64,000 nucleotides of DNA. Source: a virus. Lineage: Duplodnaviria > Caudoviricetes. The position numbers were made by a program, and so were the translations under genes. Below the pieces are notes generated by a model. The model did not search any database, had not been told where the DNA came from, and saw only the letters and a list, made by a program, of their open reading frames with translations. The stretch covers positions 288,001 to 352,000 of IMG/VR virus record IMGVR_UViG_3300013121_000005. One strand, written 5' to 3'. Numbering within the stretch: position 1 is the first letter of the stretch; each line of letters begins with the position of its first letter. This document shows, piece after piece, positions 19,007-28,729 of this stretch.

Positions 19007-20950
19007 TTAGGGAAGTCCCAGTTTTTTTCGACGTGCACGGATAGCCTGCTTTGAGTGTGCGATGCCCACATCGAAACACATGCCCATCCATGGGTTCTTC
19101 AAAACCCAATCTTCTGGATCCAGCCGCTCAAGGATGCTGTTCCCCACGTAGGGTTTTTGGCTGTACCAGTGCTGTAAAGCCCAAGGCAAGTCCTTGGGCT
19201 TCATCCCTACGAGCACTGCAATAGCCTCAGGGCACGTAGGACGTATAGAGGTGAAAACTGTCGCTTTTACTGCCTCACGTTCAGCACAATAGGCTTTGCC
19301 CTTGTCAAAGACACCAAGCCTAAACTTGGGGAAATAAAACCCCCAAGTGTCTTGCTGATTGAGGGCAACGTTTTCATCTAGCACATAGCTCTCCGTACCC
19401 TCATGCAACCGAGTGGGGTGCCACTTGGGTAGTATCAACTCCCCCCTTGCACTTGCATCGAGGAGGAACTCCTGATTGAGCTTTAGGTGCGTCAGGTACC
19501 ACTCAGAGATGTTGGCCCCCTCTCGCTCGAACTCCTCTTCCGCAAGCTGTTGGATCACCCGCATTTGGTTAACACGAGCGGCCCATGTCCGATCTCTTTG
19601 AATCTTCTCCTTCGTTCCGAACATGGTGGGGTCCAAGGCTTCAAAGCCAGCCTTTAGCCCCAAGGTCCCCTTCAAGAGGAGTTTTGATTGCTCCCCAACT
19701 AGGTTAAAGACTTCCTCAGACACCCCAGCCCCGTACCGATCCACCATCCATCGGTTGAATCCAGTAGGTTTACACTCCCACTGATTCTCGGTACCTTCAG
19801 CCGTAAGGTCTTCTCTCTTGAGCGGAGCCAGCTCCAAGGACTGGTACAACTTCTCTTTCACAAGCGAACCTGTAGACCCTACAAGAGCTTGAGGTTCAAC
19901 AACCATTTCCCCTGTGTAGGACAGCTCTGGTAGACGTACATTCTGATCCCAGAACTTCTCCCGGATCAAGTCGAACATGAGAATCGTCCATACAAACTCC
20001 TCCGCTTCAAGATCCCGAATATCCTTGAGCGGTACCGCCTCGACATTAACCGGCACCAAAGACGTCCGGGTATTAGCGAAAACACGGCCATTCCCCAACT
20101 CACCCTCCTGTTCTCTAAGGTCCAGCAACTGGTAAGGAAACCAGTTGCGGGCAGCACGTTGAGAAAGCTGACGGTCAGGCCGACGAGTCATGCGCTTGTG
20201 CGCCGGATGGGGTCCATCCGTATGGTCTGTGAGAATGGTCAGAGTACTGCCGTTACGAATAGCGAAGACGAAGTAGGAACGAAGAGCTTCTTCCGGGTCT
20301 CGGATCAAACAAAGAGAGATCCCTGATACCTTCTGAGCCCGCATCGCAAGGAGCAACGAATTGATGTTCCAGAACTCGAAAACCTGAGGAGTAAACTTGG
20401 CAGGGGTACCCCCTCCAGGCCCCTGAGTGAATTGATGCGCCTCTAGAGCATGATGGATGCTGAAGAGAGCATCCCTTCGGAGGTGCGCCAGGGCAACTTT
20501 ATCCGCCAGGACCTTCTCCAAAGCTTCCGTAGGAAGTCCAGGTCGAACCCCGTATTGAACGGCAGCTTCCCTGAGCCGCTTCTGAAAGTCCTCGATGAGT
20601 CGAATCACCCATGGGGTCCCCAGAATAGCCTGCAACTCCTTCATTGGGTGAAGCTGAGCGTCAATCAATTTCGAGTCGAAAATGAGAGAGTACGCTGAAA
20701 TCTGCACCTCTCGGAGGTAACTTTCGACAAGCCCACGAAGCATCATGAAAGTCGTAAGCCCGGTGGGGTCCAGAGTGCGACTTTCGTTGAGCTTTTTGAT
20801 CTGCTCTTGAAGGTAATATCCGGTGCTTGCGGGTGCGCTGGAATATGCCCGCTTGTCGTGGACGCTCCACCGTTCTACTTCGAGCCAAGCTAGGGCAAGA
20901 TCGGTCAGCTCATTAATCGATTCCATGGGGGGTTTCTTGGTCGAGATCAT
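19007..20950 (-). CDS. Hypothetical protein (647 aa)
   Basis: Long ORF; GGTGTA 9 nt upstream. Confidence 0.85.
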   Translation of the reverse strand: MISTKKPPMESINELTDLALAWLEVERWSVHDKRAYSSAPASTGYYLQEQIKKLNESRTLDPTGLTTFMMLRGLVESYLREVQISAYSLIFDSKLIDAQLHPMKELQAILGTPWVIRLIEDFQKRLREAAVQYGVRPGLPTEALEKVLADKVALAHLRRDALFSIHHALEAHQFTQGPGGGTPAKFTPQVFEFWNINSLLLAMRAQKVSGISLCLIRDPEEALRSYFVFAIRNGSTLTILTDHTDGPHPAHKRMTRRPDRQLSQRAARNWFPYQLLDLREQEGELGNGRVFANTRTSLVPVNVEAVPLKDIRDLEAEEFVWTILMFDLIREKFWDQNVRLPELSYTGEMVVEPQALVGSTGSLVKEKLYQSLELAPLKREDLTAEGTENQWECKPTGFNRWMVDRYGAGVSEEVFNLVGEQSKLLLKGTLGLKAGFEALDPTMFGTKEKIQRDRTWAARVNQMRVIQQLAEEEFEREGANISEWYLTHLKLNQEFLLDASARGELILPKWHPTRLHEGTESYVLDENVALNQQDTWGFYFPKFRLGVFDKGKAYCAEREAVKATVFTSIRPTCPEAIAVLVGMKPKDLPWALQHWYSQKPYVGNSILERLDPEDWVLKNPWMGMCFDVGIAHSKQAIRARRKKLGLP

Positions 20951-20982
20951 CCCTAAGTTTACACCAAAACGCTCTTTCCCCC

Positions 20983-21170
20983 TTGACGAGTTTTTGGTTG
21001 GGCGTAGATTACCTGAGACTCAGCAACCCCTTGTTGCACACATGTGTGCAAATGCCGCAGGGTCTACATACAATCAGCAAGTAGGCTACCCCATGCCACG
21101 ACCACGATCTCCTCCGATGTGAAGAAGGAGACGAGCCCGGAACCCTAAAGTTCCGGGCTTCGTCATTTAA
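20983..21170 (+). ncRNA. Putative sRNA / leader unit 1 with a 26-aa ORF ending RSPPM
   Basis: TTGACG-N16-TAGATT, ORF 21042-21122, hairpin GACGAGCCCGGAAC/GTTCCGGGCTTCGTC. Confidence 0.5.
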
Positions 21171-21183
21171 AGGGCGAGACCTC

Positions 21184-21320
21184 TTGACTAGTTTTGGGTT
21201 AGGAATAGGATTGCGTGTGCAGCATAGGATTGCTGAGTCTCAGCTTTCCCTTGCTGCACCACATGCTTTGCCCTAGGGGGAGTAAGCCCGGAACTTTGGG
21301 TTCCGGGCTTCGTCATTTAG
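21184..21320 (+). ncRNA. Putative sRNA unit 2, paralogous to unit 1
   Basis: TTGACT-N16-TAGGAT, long hairpin, same terminal hairpin as unit 1. Confidence 0.5.
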
Positions 21321-21335
21321 GGTGTATGTAGCCCT

Positions 21336-21521
21336 ATGTGCCGCTCAGTTAGGGCTGACCAAGTAGTGGTGGGGGCCCGTATCTACAGTAAGGATGCATA
21401 CCACCCTCAAGCCAAATGGTTGAGAGTCACCAACGTTACCACATGCAGGGGATATGTGGTACTCTCAACCCCTGTGTATGATACCTGGAAGCATCCCGCT
21501 GAAGGGGTGTGCATTGAATGA
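21336..21521 (+). CDS. Hypothetical protein
   Basis: GGTGTA 9 nt upstream. Confidence 0.55.
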   Translation: MCRSVRADQVVVGARIYSKDAYHPQAKWLRVTNVTTCRGYVVLSTPVYDTWKHPAEGVCIE

Positions 21522-21882
21522 GATAGAAGAACTGGTAGGTTTAGCTCAGGACCTCCGTAGGTGGGCTGCCCAGGGTGACGATGAAGCCATTCAACGGGCT
21601 AAAGATGAACTTGCCCAAAAAGTTAGGGAGTCCACTGACCCGGAGCTAAAGAGGGCTCTTCAGGTTGCGTTAGCTTTCACGGAGGGCTTCCGCTCCCCCT
21701 TTGACCCCCCTGAATACCCAGAAGAGCCTTTGGCTCTCCGAGCATGGAGAACCGTAGAACGACTCAGACAAGAGGCTGGGCTCGAAGTACCTGAAAAGTA
21801 CACGAGGTACCATCGCCTAAACGAAGAATCTGACCCGATGGTCGCGTTCCTCGAAGCCCTAAAGCACCTCACCCGTAAGTAG
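21514..21882 (+). CDS. Hypothetical protein
   Basis: TTG start; contains YTRYHRL. Confidence 0.65.
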   Translation: MNEIEELVGLAQDLRRWAAQGDDEAIQRAKDELAQKVRESTDPELKRALQVALAFTEGFRSPFDPPEYPEEPLALRAWRTVERLRQEAGLEVPEKYTRYHRLNEESDPMVAFLEALKHLTRK

Positions 21883-21883
21883 C

Positions 21884-22285
21884 CTACTCCGTGACTCGTA
21901 GGGCTGCTTCATGGGCTTTGCGAGCTACCCCAGGTCGACGAGTATGGGGTCTTGCTAGGGCTACAGGCTCCTCCAAATCCACACTCCACCCCCCTAGGTT
22001 GCTCTCCTCGAACTCAATGTAGCCAGGATGAAGCCCATCGTGGACCTCACGATGGCATCGGGCACATAACAAAATGACCTTATCCAACTCCCGTTGGATA
22101 GCCTCCCAAGAGGTCATACGGTCTGAAATCGTGAACTCCTTAGCCCACACTTGAATATGATGGAAGTCGAAAGCTGTTGGGCAACGATCGTAGCTACAAA
22201 TCCGACAACGGCCCCCAAGGTACTGAATTGCTTGCTCACGAAGCTGCTTGCGTCGTAAAGCAGCCTTGTGCTTTCGCTCCATCAT
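21884..22285 (-). CDS. HNH endonuclease-like protein
   Basis: GGRCRICSY..FDFHH..LLCARCHREVH. Confidence 0.85.
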   Translation of the reverse strand: MMERKHKAALRRKQLREQAIQYLGGRCRICSYDRCPTAFDFHHIQVWAKEFTISDRMTSWEAIQRELDKVILLCARCHREVHDGLHPGYIEFEESNLGGWSVDLEEPVALARPHTRRPGVARKAHEAALRVTE

Positions 22286-22296
22286 CGTAACCCCTT

Positions 22297-23442
22297 TCAG
22301 AGCCTAGCAAAGATGTTTGTGAATTCTTGAGGCATGGCCATACCCAAGACGTAGTGGGCAAATGCCTCGGCGATATTCTCTTTCGGATTCGTAGCCCCAT
22401 AGGGAGTTACCGCAAGAGGCTCATGGAGAAGGGTGTTCGTGCTCACTTCAACATCCTTGGAGCCTTTAACCGCACTGAGTAGTTTGGGTTCGTCTATCTC
22501 CCCCTTCAAGAAAGCAGTCATTGGCTTTCGTATGTCTTGAATCTTAGCCCAACGCTCCAACTCTGGAGTCATCCCAAGGAAGGGTCGCCCCTCCTTACGA
22601 GCCTTGGCAATCCCTACCGCTTCTTCCGCAACAGTCTCTCGAAGCTTGGCATCGTAGAGCACCTTCTCATAGACCTTCTGGGTAGATAGGTCCCACAGCT
22701 CTTTGCGAACGCCCTTGTCCAAAAACTTATGGTCAAATCGATGCCCAAATTCATGGATGAGGGTGTAGATATCGTCGAACCGCTTCCGAGCCCGCACGCT
22801 CAAGTGGATGGTGTCATCCGTGTAGACATAATGAGCAGCCGTCTTCGCAGAGAGGTGAGTCGAGAAAAAGACCTTGCCATATAGCACTTGAGGGAACTTA
22901 CCTCGAATCTTGGAGGCTGCTTCGTCAAGCGCTTCAAGAGCCCCCTCTATTTCGGACTTCTTGACTCCCGGCATGGGGATGACGACGAACCCACCCCTCT
23001 TGATTTCTCGGTCCTCGTCTGTCGCTTGGGTAGCAAGCTCCAGGGTCCGTAGCTTTTTCTCCACCCCCCTAAGCTCGGCCACCCAATACTCACGCATACG
23101 GTTGGCTTGAGCTTGAGGGTCTGGGAACTTGCTGAATGGGGATGAAGGGTTTGTTGGGTCTGCTAGGTCCTGTTTGATTTTAGGCAGTTTACCTACCCAA
23201 TCTTTGGCTTCATTGTACACAGATTTCAAAGCCGTACGCTTAGCCGTCCCAAGCGCCCAGAACCAATCCGGAGGAGTATTGCCCCCTTCTGGCAAAATGA
23301 CCTCCATGACCTGGCCCAGAACTTCCAGCAGGGGCAGCTCATCCCCTCGCTCAAAGTCTAGGATAGCCTTTTTGAAGGTTGGAAGAAGGCTCAGTGATTT
23401 TGCAACCACGTAGCGGAAAACAACCTTGCGAACTACCCTCAT
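22297..23442 (-). CDS. Zincin-like HExxH protein with N-terminal KVVFRY tag
   Basis: LIHEFGHR and YGATNPKENIAEAF. Confidence 0.75.
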   Translation of the reverse strand: MRVVRKVVFRYVVAKSLSLLPTFKKAILDFERGDELPLLEVLGQVMEVILPEGGNTPPDWFWALGTAKRTALKSVYNEAKDWVGKLPKIKQDLADPTNPSSPFSKFPDPQAQANRMREYWVAELRGVEKKLRTLELATQATDEDREIKRGGFVVIPMPGVKKSEIEGALEALDEAASKIRGKFPQVLYGKVFFSTHLSAKTAAHYVYTDDTIHLSVRARKRFDDIYTLIHEFGHRFDHKFLDKGVRKELWDLSTQKVYEKVLYDAKLRETVAEEAVGIAKARKEGRPFLGMTPELERWAKIQDIRKPMTAFLKGEIDEPKLLSAVKGSKDVEVSTNTLLHEPLAVTPYGATNPKENIAEAFAHYVLGMAMPQEFTNIFARL

Positions 23443-23571
23443 CTTCCACCCGTAGCTATCGAAAGAATCTTAGCTACCCCTCAGAGGAGTTTCGTGTTAC
23501 TCGGTGTTATAGGTATACTGTACAGCAAAGTACAGAAGGCGTCCACCTTCCTAGTATGAAAGGATGACAAG

Positions 23572-23877
23572 ATGACACCACAAGGGGACCCCCCTGACCT
23601 AGACAAGCTGGAGCACCACCTCCAAATAGCCAGTCGCACCTCCTACCTGGCTGATGCTAGAGGGTTCGAGGACGCTGTAGATGCAGTGCTTGATGCCGCC
23701 CCTGCCCTTATCGCGGCAACACGAGAACGAAATCAGCTACTGATTGAACGAGACCAGCTACTGATTGAACGAAATCAGCTACTGATTGAACGAGACCAGC
23801 TACTTGGCTGCTTCAGAACAAAAGAGACCAGCTACTTGGCTGATTTACTACAACAACAAAAGGCGTCAGATGAATGA
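23572..23877 (+). CDS. Hypothetical protein with heptad repeats
   Basis: ER[ND]QLL(I) x4 encoded by a 21-bp tandem repeat. Confidence 0.6.
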   Translation: MTPQGDPPDLDKLEHHLQIASRTSYLADARGFEDAVDAVLDAAPALIAATRERNQLLIERDQLLIERNQLLIERDQLLGCFRTKETSYLADLLQQQKASDE

Positions 23878-24061
23878 ATTCGACCTAGAAGAGCTTCTAA
23901 AGCTCGCTCTAGCTGCGTATGCCAAGGACAACGATCTTCCCCTGAAACTCCAAACCGTCAAGGAAAAGGGGTTTGGAGGCGAAGCTGGCCTTCTCGTCTC
24001 TCTTGGCGAAGATGAGTTTCACCTCGCTATCACACAGACAGCCTTTGGTGAGGAAGAGTGA
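23870..24061 (+). CDS. Hypothetical protein
   Basis: Coupled to both neighbours. Confidence 0.6.
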   Translation: MNEFDLEELLKLALAAYAKDNDLPLKLQTVKEKGFGGEAGLLVSLGEDEFHLAITQTAFGEEE

Positions 24062-24900
24062 CTCAACCCTTCGTAAAATGGGCAGGAGGTAAGCGCCAGC
24101 TTCTTCCTACTATCCTCTCTCGCCTTCCGTTCGAGACGCGAACCTTCTACGAGCCCTTCTTGGGCGGAGGAGCCGTCTTCTTCGCGATGGCCCGAGAGGG
24201 CGTCTTCAAGCGAGCCTGTGTCAACGACCTCAACGAAGAGCTGATCCAAGCGTACCGAACCCTTGCCTCCGAGACGTTGGCCAAAGAAGTCATCGACCTC
24301 TTGAAGACGTACCCTCACGACCGGACGTTCTTCGAGAGCCTTCGTCCAAAACTCCCCACGACAGCTTCTGAGGTAGAAAGGACTGCACGGTTCATCTACT
24401 TGAACCGTGTCGGCTTCAACGGGCTCTACCGAGTCAACAAGAAGGGGGAGTTCAATGTCCCCTTCGGTCAATACGAGAACCCGACGATCTGCGACGAAAA
24501 CAACTTGCTGGCCGTATCCGAGTGCCTTCGGAACAACGTTGAGTTCCAGTGCCAGGACTTCGCCGCGAGCGTCTCGTCCGCTCAGGCGGGGGACACCGTG
24601 TACTTCGATCCCCCCTACCTCCCCGTGTCGGAGACCGCCAACTTCACGGAGTACACGGAAGGGGGCTTCCCCTTCTCAGAGCATTGCCGGTTGGCTCAAA
24701 CCTTCCGTGAGCTGGCCAATCGAGGCGTTGCTGTCCTGCTGTCCAACTCGGATGTGCCTAGGGTGCGTGAGCTATTCGAGGGCTTCCAGATCGACACAGT
24801 ATATGCACGTCGTGCAATCAACAGTAACGGGGCCAAACGAGGCCCCGTTACTGAATTGCTGGTCAGCGCTAACCTAGGTACTCCTCAAGAAGGGCCTTGA
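24058..24900 (+). CDS. dam: DNA adenine methyltransferase (Dam / D12 class)
   Basis: KWAGGK, YEPFLGGG, FNGLYRVN..G.FNVPFG, YFDPPY. Confidence 0.95.
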   Translation: MTQPFVKWAGGKRQLLPTILSRLPFETRTFYEPFLGGGAVFFAMAREGVFKRACVNDLNEELIQAYRTLASETLAKEVIDLLKTYPHDRTFFESLRPKLPTTASEVERTARFIYLNRVGFNGLYRVNKKGEFNVPFGQYENPTICDENNLLAVSECLRNNVEFQCQDFAASVSSAQAGDTVYFDPPYLPVSETANFTEYTEGGFPFSEHCRLAQTFRELANRGVAVLLSNSDVPRVRELFEGFQIDTVYARRAINSNGAKRGPVTELLVSANLGTPQEGP

Positions 24901-25816
24901 TTTTCGCATAGGGGTTTGGGTCCTCCTGGAGCATCAGGAAACTACATCCGGCTGCCTTGGTATGCCCGCCCCCCGAAAGCCCTCCTGGACGGGTCTTCAC
25001 CCAATTGCAGAAGGCAGCCGTATCGAAGTTCGATGCCCTACAGGACAGAATCATTTTCACGGCAGCCTGGTCCGCCTGGTAGTGAAACCCAACAAGCAGA
25101 TCGACTTCACGACTCATTGTGTCATGGAGGTCACTTGTTACAGAAGTCCCCTGGATGATCGCAACCCTCTTGTCCCTCAGCGTGAATTGTACGCACTGAG
25201 AGACCAGCTCAGCCGTGTAGCTAAGCTTCTTTTGGGTTAGCAGGGGGCCCAACGCCATCCTATGGCTAAAGGTTGGGTCAAAAAACCGTACCCCATCCCA
25301 AGCAGAAGATGGGAAAAACTTGAGAACCTCTGCTTGCGCACATGCCTCCTCCCAATGAGGGCTTGTCCGCTGCCAGGTGTCCCGAATACCTGCCAGAAGC
25401 GCAAACCTCTCCACGACAGGTAGAGAAGACATGCGATGGATGGGGTTGTGGTAGAACATCTTCCAAACTTGGAAAGCTAGGGTTGCACCTGAGACCCCAG
25501 GATTAAGGGTCTCGTCCCCATAGACCCCATTCTCCCCAAACTGCTCAACCACTGCCTTGGCAGTCTTGTGGTGGTCCAGGACAATTGCACCCTTGTCCAC
25601 AAACTCCTGAACTCGACCCTCTGGAGGCGAAAAGTCACAGAAAAGCATCCCCTCCCGAGCTTCCAACTCTCGATGCTCAAGGGCACCGTATTGGAGGTAC
25701 GTAACCGGAATCTCCGGGAAAACATCCCGGAGAATTAGGGCGGAAGCAACTCCATCGGGGCAGTGTGCATGAGTAATGATTTCACGCACACTGCTGAGCT
25801 TCTCAAGTCGGATCAT
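24869..25816 (-). CDS. DHH-family phosphoesterase
   Basis: HAHCPDG, DFS, LDHH, GGGH. Confidence 0.88.
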   Translation of the reverse strand: MIRLEKLSSVREIITHAHCPDGVASALILRDVFPEIPVTYLQYGALEHRELEAREGMLFCDFSPPEGRVQEFVDKGAIVLDHHKTAKAVVEQFGENGVYGDETLNPGVSGATLAFQVWKMFYHNPIHRMSSLPVVERFALLAGIRDTWQRTSPHWEEACAQAEVLKFFPSSAWDGVRFFDPTFSHRMALGPLLTQKKLSYTAELVSQCVQFTLRDKRVAIIQGTSVTSDLHDTMSREVDLLVGFHYQADQAAVKMILSCRASNFDTAAFCNWVKTRPGGLSGGGHTKAAGCSFLMLQEDPNPYAKIKALLEEYLG

Positions 25817-26031
25817 GTAGCCCCCTTTACGATTTCGTTCGGAGTGTAAACAAACGCGAGATCATAGTGACCTCCGGTTCGGAAGCAGTACCCCCCTGCC
25901 CCAGGTAGGATCACCACGGTGCAACCCTCGGGTACCTGATGCCGAATGGTACGAGCCCCATCCTGGTACCCAAGAACCAATGGCCCTTGATGGGTCCCTC
26001 GAAGGTTTGTATCACACTTGATCTCGTACAT
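25813..26031 (-). CDS. Hypothetical protein
   Basis: ATGA-coupled to the DHH gene. Confidence 0.55.
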   Translation of the reverse strand: MYEIKCDTNLRGTHQGPLVLGYQDGARTIRHQVPEGCTVVILPGAGGYCFRTGGHYDLAFVYTPNEIVKGAT

Positions 26032-26052
26032 GCAATCCTACCTTTCAGTATT

Positions 26053-26388
26053 TCACGGAAGTTTCAGGGCTACCTTCTGCGCTGCCTTGGCCAAGCCTCG
26101 CCAGGTGGTCTTCTTCCTGGCCTTCAAGTTGGCCTTCCTCTTGGTCTCCTGCTTGGCCTTCTTCAGGTTGGTCTCCTCCTCCTGCTTGGCCTTCTTCAGG
26201 TTGGTCTCCTCCTTGGCCTTCTCCTTGGCCTTCTTCAGGTTGGCCTTCTCCTTGGCCTTCTCCTTGGCCTTGCGCCATGCCTCGATGTCTGCGATCGAAG
26301 CTGAAGCCAGGATGGCGTACAACGCCTCCATGTAGATACGAGTAGCCTGCCGAACTTTACTAGAGAGAGTCATTGTTTTCCCTTTCAA
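26053..26388 (-). CDS. Lys/Ala-rich repeat protein
   Basis: KAKE / NLKKAK repeats. Confidence 0.6.
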   Translation of the reverse strand: MKGKTMTLSSKVRQATRIYMEALYAILASASIADIEAWRKAKEKAKEKANLKKAKEKAKEETNLKKAKQEEETNLKKAKQETKRKANLKARKKTTWRGLAKAAQKVALKLP

Positions 26389-26397
26389 CTGAGATCC

Positions 26398-26700
26398 TCA
26401 TATCTTATCGAACCGAGTAGGATCTCGAACAAACTCGGTCTTGAATTCACCATGCACTATGTGCTGCCATTCCCCCCTTTGATTAGGGCCTGAGGCAATT
26501 GACACATGGGGCCCACGTAATACAACCACTGAAGTACCTTGGGTTTTAACCCCTCTAATTACAAGGGTTGTGTTTGGAGGAAATTCGCTGATTGCTAGCC
26601 AGCGAGGAGAGGCCACTCGAAACCACGTGTCTTCCCCCCGGGTTACAGCGACCCCCAAAACCGAGAGGCTCTCAGGTACTACTAGGTCCCCTTCTTTCAC
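26398..26700 (-). CDS. Hypothetical protein ending PTRFDKI
   Basis: ORF in run. Confidence 0.65.
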   Translation of the reverse strand: MKEGDLVVPESLSVLGVAVTRGEDTWFRVASPRWLAISEFPPNTTLVIRGVKTQGTSVVVLRGPHVSIASGPNQRGEWQHIVHGEFKTEFVRDPTRFDKI

Positions 26701-27381
26701 TTACTTGTCCCACAACTGGGCATGGGCCGCTTCTAGGGCTTTGTAGAAGGTCTGCTTTTGGGCTCTTGTTTGGGCAGCCGACTTCAAAGCGACGAAAGCT
26801 TGTCTGTAGTTTCCTTCCGCCATTTGCCGATAGTAGGCGTACATGAAGGTCTTACCCGTCTTACGTTTAGGCGGGGTCAAGAGCAGGCAAGCAGCCTGAA
26901 GGGCATCCGCTTGTGCCTGTACTTGCTCAAGAGACTCCACGGGGGGAGCTAGCTTTTGCTCTTTACGGGCATTGGACAGGCGAACAAGGTCTGCTGAAGA
27001 CACCTCACCCACACCTACACCTGCCTTAAGGGCCCTAGAGCGAAGAACTGCCTCATTTCCATTGGCCGCAGACTCAAAAAACAGGAAGTCCCCTTCCCGC
27101 TTAACAAAGACCCCATACCAACGGTTTTGGACTATGTTGCCGCTCCAAGCAATCCGGTCCCCTCCAAACTCCACAGCATCGAACAGCATGAGCTGTTCGG
27201 TTATGTAGAGGCACCCCCCTCGCCCTTGAGGCAGGAAGTACCGGTCGAACCCCCCAGGCTTTACCGGGTTGATGTCCACGACCGCAAGCCAATTACGAGC
27301 CCGTTCCTTGCAAAGCTCCAACACAGGAGCTTCCAAGAGGGCATCGTTGACATGTCGTAGCTTGTAAACTTCCATGCGCAA
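26701..27381 (-). CDS. Hypothetical protein
   Basis: 226 aa; GGTGTA upstream. Confidence 0.75.
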   Translation of the reverse strand: MRMEVYKLRHVNDALLEAPVLELCKERARNWLAVVDINPVKPGGFDRYFLPQGRGGCLYITEQLMLFDAVEFGGDRIAWSGNIVQNRWYGVFVKREGDFLFFESAANGNEAVLRSRALKAGVGVGEVSSADLVRLSNARKEQKLAPPVESLEQVQAQADALQAACLLLTPPKRKTGKTFMYAYYRQMAEGNYRQAFVALKSAAQTRAQKQTFYKALEAAHAQLWDK

Positions 27382-27495
27382 CAGCTTTCTACACCAAAAC
27401 TCCCTTGTTCAACGAACGACCCCGAAAATTCTCAACCTGACCCTTGAAGAAATTTACCCCCCTTCGTTGAAGAGGCTGAGGTGTAAAAAAGAAGC

Positions 27496-27912
27496 ATGAG
27501 CATCGTTCAATACACGGATCTTCGTTCTATTACGAGGGACTCTAACAGATGTCAGACCCTCGTGGGGCTCGATTTCAACGGGGATAGGAAAGTGTGGCTG
27601 GTATTTGGCCAGTGCCAGATCCAACAGCGTGATGAGCCTGGGCAGCATTACCTGGAAGGCCGCATGCTGGAAGGGGCCACGGACTTTGATCATGACAGCC
27701 CCTACGCCATCCGGCTCCCCCTCGTCGGCCTGACCTACAAAAATACCAACGGTGAGGTTATCCGGTTCGAGGTGGACCCCGCAGTCGCGGCTGCACGCAA
27801 TCAACACGGAGTTCCTCAGAGTGAGATTGAAGCTCAGCTTCGTCAAATTGAGGGTGCTCTTGAAACGTGGCCGCCTTTCTGGCCCACCCCTAGGGCAATT
27901 GGTCCGTTTTGA
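27496..27912 (+). CDS. Hypothetical protein
   Basis: Class I and GGTGTA motifs upstream. Confidence 0.7.
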   Translation: MSIVQYTDLRSITRDSNRCQTLVGLDFNGDRKVWLVFGQCQIQQRDEPGQHYLEGRMLEGATDFDHDSPYAIRLPLVGLTYKNTNGEVIRFEVDPAVAAARNQHGVPQSEIEAQLRQIEGALETWPPFWPTPRAIGPF

Positions 27913-27928
27913 GGTGTAGGTAACGAGA

Positions 27929-28510
27929 ATGAACCTACCTCTCATCCAAGCTGCCCTCGAACTGATTCGACTTGAAACCGAAATGGGCGAGCACTTGGCT
28001 TACCTCCAACAGCAAGGGGGTGAGATTGGACCGCTCCTCAAGGAAGCTCACCTCAAGAAGCGAGAGAAGCTTGCCAACGCCCACCAAAAGATGCGGGAGC
28101 TTCTCCCTGACCCGAACATACTCCCAGAAGAGCTGCCCATCCAAGCTGCCCTCAAGGACCAAAAACCCATGTCCCCACTGGCAGTCTTCACCCGCCTGAC
28201 TCAATTGGGGTTCCTCCCACATATGCATGAAGTCTCACACATGCTGTGGGAAATGGCACAAGCAGGGGAGATCGAATACCTCAACCCTGGGCTGTACAAA
28301 GCCCACAAACCCAAAAGTCGCTTCCACGACCTCTTCGCCTCCGTCCACCAACCCGGCGACATGCCGAAAACCTTGATCGAACGCCTGACCGTCGAAGCCC
28401 TCGGCTGGCCAAAGGAGTTTGAGCAAGAAATCAAAGACTTCCGCAAGCTCAACACGGAGAGTAGGATCCAAGCGGCTGGGGCCTTCCTTTTCAATTGGCC
28501 AGAGGATTGA
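27929..28510 (+). CDS. Hypothetical protein, possible winged helix
   Basis: LWEMAQAGEIEYLNPGLY; internal KSRFHDL. Confidence 0.7.
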   Translation: MNLPLIQAALELIRLETEMGEHLAYLQQQGGEIGPLLKEAHLKKREKLANAHQKMRELLPDPNILPEELPIQAALKDQKPMSPLAVFTRLTQLGFLPHMHEVSHMLWEMAQAGEIEYLNPGLYKAHKPKSRFHDLFASVHQPGDMPKTLIERLTVEALGWPKEFEQEIKDFRKLNTESRIQAAGAFLFNWPED

Positions 28511-28537
28511 AAATCCTCTAGTCTCTTCGTTCTAGCC

Positions 28538-28729
28538 ATGAGGAGACGAAACTACCGGGAAGAGTTTGACCGAAAGAAAGACCTGGAATTCCTTGCGACC
28601 CTCCGCACGGCTACCCGGGAACAGCTTCTCACCCTCGAACACAACTTCCAACACGACAGTGCACCCGCATGGAAGAAAATCGCCATCGCGAGGGCCCTTC
28701 AGAGACTACCCAAAGAAGAAGAGACCTAA
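28538..28729 (+). CDS. Hypothetical protein
   Basis: Class I promoter-like motif upstream. Confidence 0.6.
   Translation: MRRRNYREEFDRKKDLEFLATLRTATREQLLTLEHNFQHDSAPAWKKIAIARALQRLPKEEET

Noticed and set aside
23725-23805. 21-bp tandem repeat as a regulatory array
   Set aside because: It is an in-frame coding heptad expansion.
24058-24900. Restriction-modification system
   Set aside because: No adjacent endonuclease; orphan Dam-type MTases are common in phages.
25939-26335. Leu-rich plus-strand ORFs resembling membrane proteins
   Set aside because: They are antisense products of the Lys-rich repeat gene.
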